Made by a program: the position numbers and the translations under genes. Positions 43,584 to 44,588 of a stretch of DNA of 44,588 bases are shown in pieces. Origin of the DNA: Prasinococcaceae sp. CCMP 1430 (taxonomy: Eukaryota; Plantae; Prasinodermophyta); assembly GCA_013416795.1 (NCBI GenBank), contig RQSC01000010.1:40935-85522 (forward strand), in the 5' to 3' direction. Below the pieces are notes generated by a model. It worked only from the letters and a program-made list of their open reading frames with translations. It was not told where the DNA came from and made no database searches. Position 1 is the stretch's first letter, and every line of letters starts with the position of its first letter.

Positions 43584-44224
43584 GCGGGTGCGCGGCGGCG
43601 GCCGGCGCGTGGCGGGGCGGGCGCGCGGGTTCCTCCCGCGGTGGCGGGAGGGAGCGAATCCACATGCGGGCGTTCGCACGCGTGCTGCCCATGGGAGCCG
43701 GGTATGGATTCCAGGCGGAGCGCCGTGCGGCGCGGTATTCCGTGGCGCGAACGCGCCGCTGCGGCGGGCGTTTTTTAGGGGTGGGGATGCAGTGAGGGCA
43801 GGGTGGAGGCAAGCCGGGTCGGGGAGGGGTCGCGTGACACACCGTCTGCAATCAGCACCCCCCCATCCCCCCCCCAGTCGCCATGCAGGCCGTCGCCCAG
43901 CCCCTCCGCGCTGCCGCCGTGCGCCCGTCCGCGCGCCGCGCGCTCGCCGACCCCATCGCCGCGCGGCCCCCCGCGGTGCTCGCGCTCTGGCGCCGCGCGG
44001 TCCCAGCGAGGCTCGAGGCGCCAGAGCGCTTCCCGCCACCGCGCGCCGCTTTCCGGTTTTAAAGCTCAAACCTTAACCTCCGCTCCGACGACACCCGCGG
44101 CCCAACCAATACTCTTTGACTGCCCAATCACCCGAATGTGGACCCTAATCCCGCGCTTCCGCAAGGTCACTCGCAGCGCGCGCGCCGATGCACTCTTGCC
44201 GAGCGCAATAATGGGGTCGCGACA

Positions 44225-44588
44225 TGACCTGTGCGCAGGTCAGAACGCACGCGCCTCGCACGCCCGAGCGGGCGCACCGCGGCGGGGCGCGGCCGCTGCG
44301 CGCGCCGCAGGTCAGAGCGCATGCGCCCGAGCGCTCTGCCGGGCGCAATGGGGCGTGACCTGCGCCCCGCAGGTCAGAACAGAGCGCATGCGCCTCGACC
44401 GCAGGTCAGTGCGCACTCGCCGGGCGCAATGGCGCGCGACCTGCGCCCCGCAGGTCAGAGCGCATGCGCCTCGACCGCAGGTCAGTGCGCACTCGCCGGG
44501 CGCACTGGCGCGTGACCTGCGCCCCGCAGGTCAGAGCGCATGCGCCTCGACCGCAGGTCAGTGCGCACTCGCCGGGCGCACTGGCGCG
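44225..44588. repeat. 76-bp GC-rich tandem satellite with internal palindrome, runs off window end
   Basis: GACCTGCG-CCC-CGCAGGTC at 44357, 44438 and 44514 (periods 81 and 76), with degenerate copies from 44225. Confidence 0.9.

Noticed and set aside
44225-44588. CRISPR-like array (palindromic repeats at regular spacing)
   Set aside because: The intervening sequences are identical rather than unique spacers, the context is eukaryotic, and there are no cas genes.

Overview
Two very different compartments are scaffolded together. Bases 1-2425 are AT-richer plastid rDNA: the 3' part of a group II intron in trnA(UGC), the trnA 3' exon, and the 5' ~1.9 kb of 23S rRNA. After an exactly 100-N gap the rest is very GC-rich, gene-dense nuclear DNA of a green alga, with plant-type FtsH3/10 and EBS/SHL genes and short GT-AG introns carrying a GCTGAC branch motif. 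I cannot name the species. About 16 protein genes are supportable: m-AAA FtsH (truncated), vitamin K-dependent carboxylase-like, coiled-coil protein, BAH-PHD, a hypothetical, DUF1348, CobW/COG0523, type II thioesterase, BTAF1/MOT1, ferric reductase, H-protein-like, TKL kinase, class I GATase, TPR, fatty acid hydroxylase family, PQQ-like propeller and SMP-30/gluconolactonase. The strongest unexplained structure is at 17008-21871. It is a young, non-autonomous tyrosine-recombinase (DIRS/PAT/Ngaro-like) element with split direct repeats, present as a head-to-tail trimer of a 1527-bp unit. A shared TGTA core sits at both borders and at every internal junction, as expected if a circular or concatemeric intermediate integrated. 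Other leads are the streptophyte-type trnA intron on a prasinophyte-like scaffold, an H-protein-like gene lacking the lipoyl lysine, a GGCX-like gene with its catalytic Lys position retained, and a 76-bp palindromic satellite at the right end. All family calls come from motif recognition by eye; no database searches were run.
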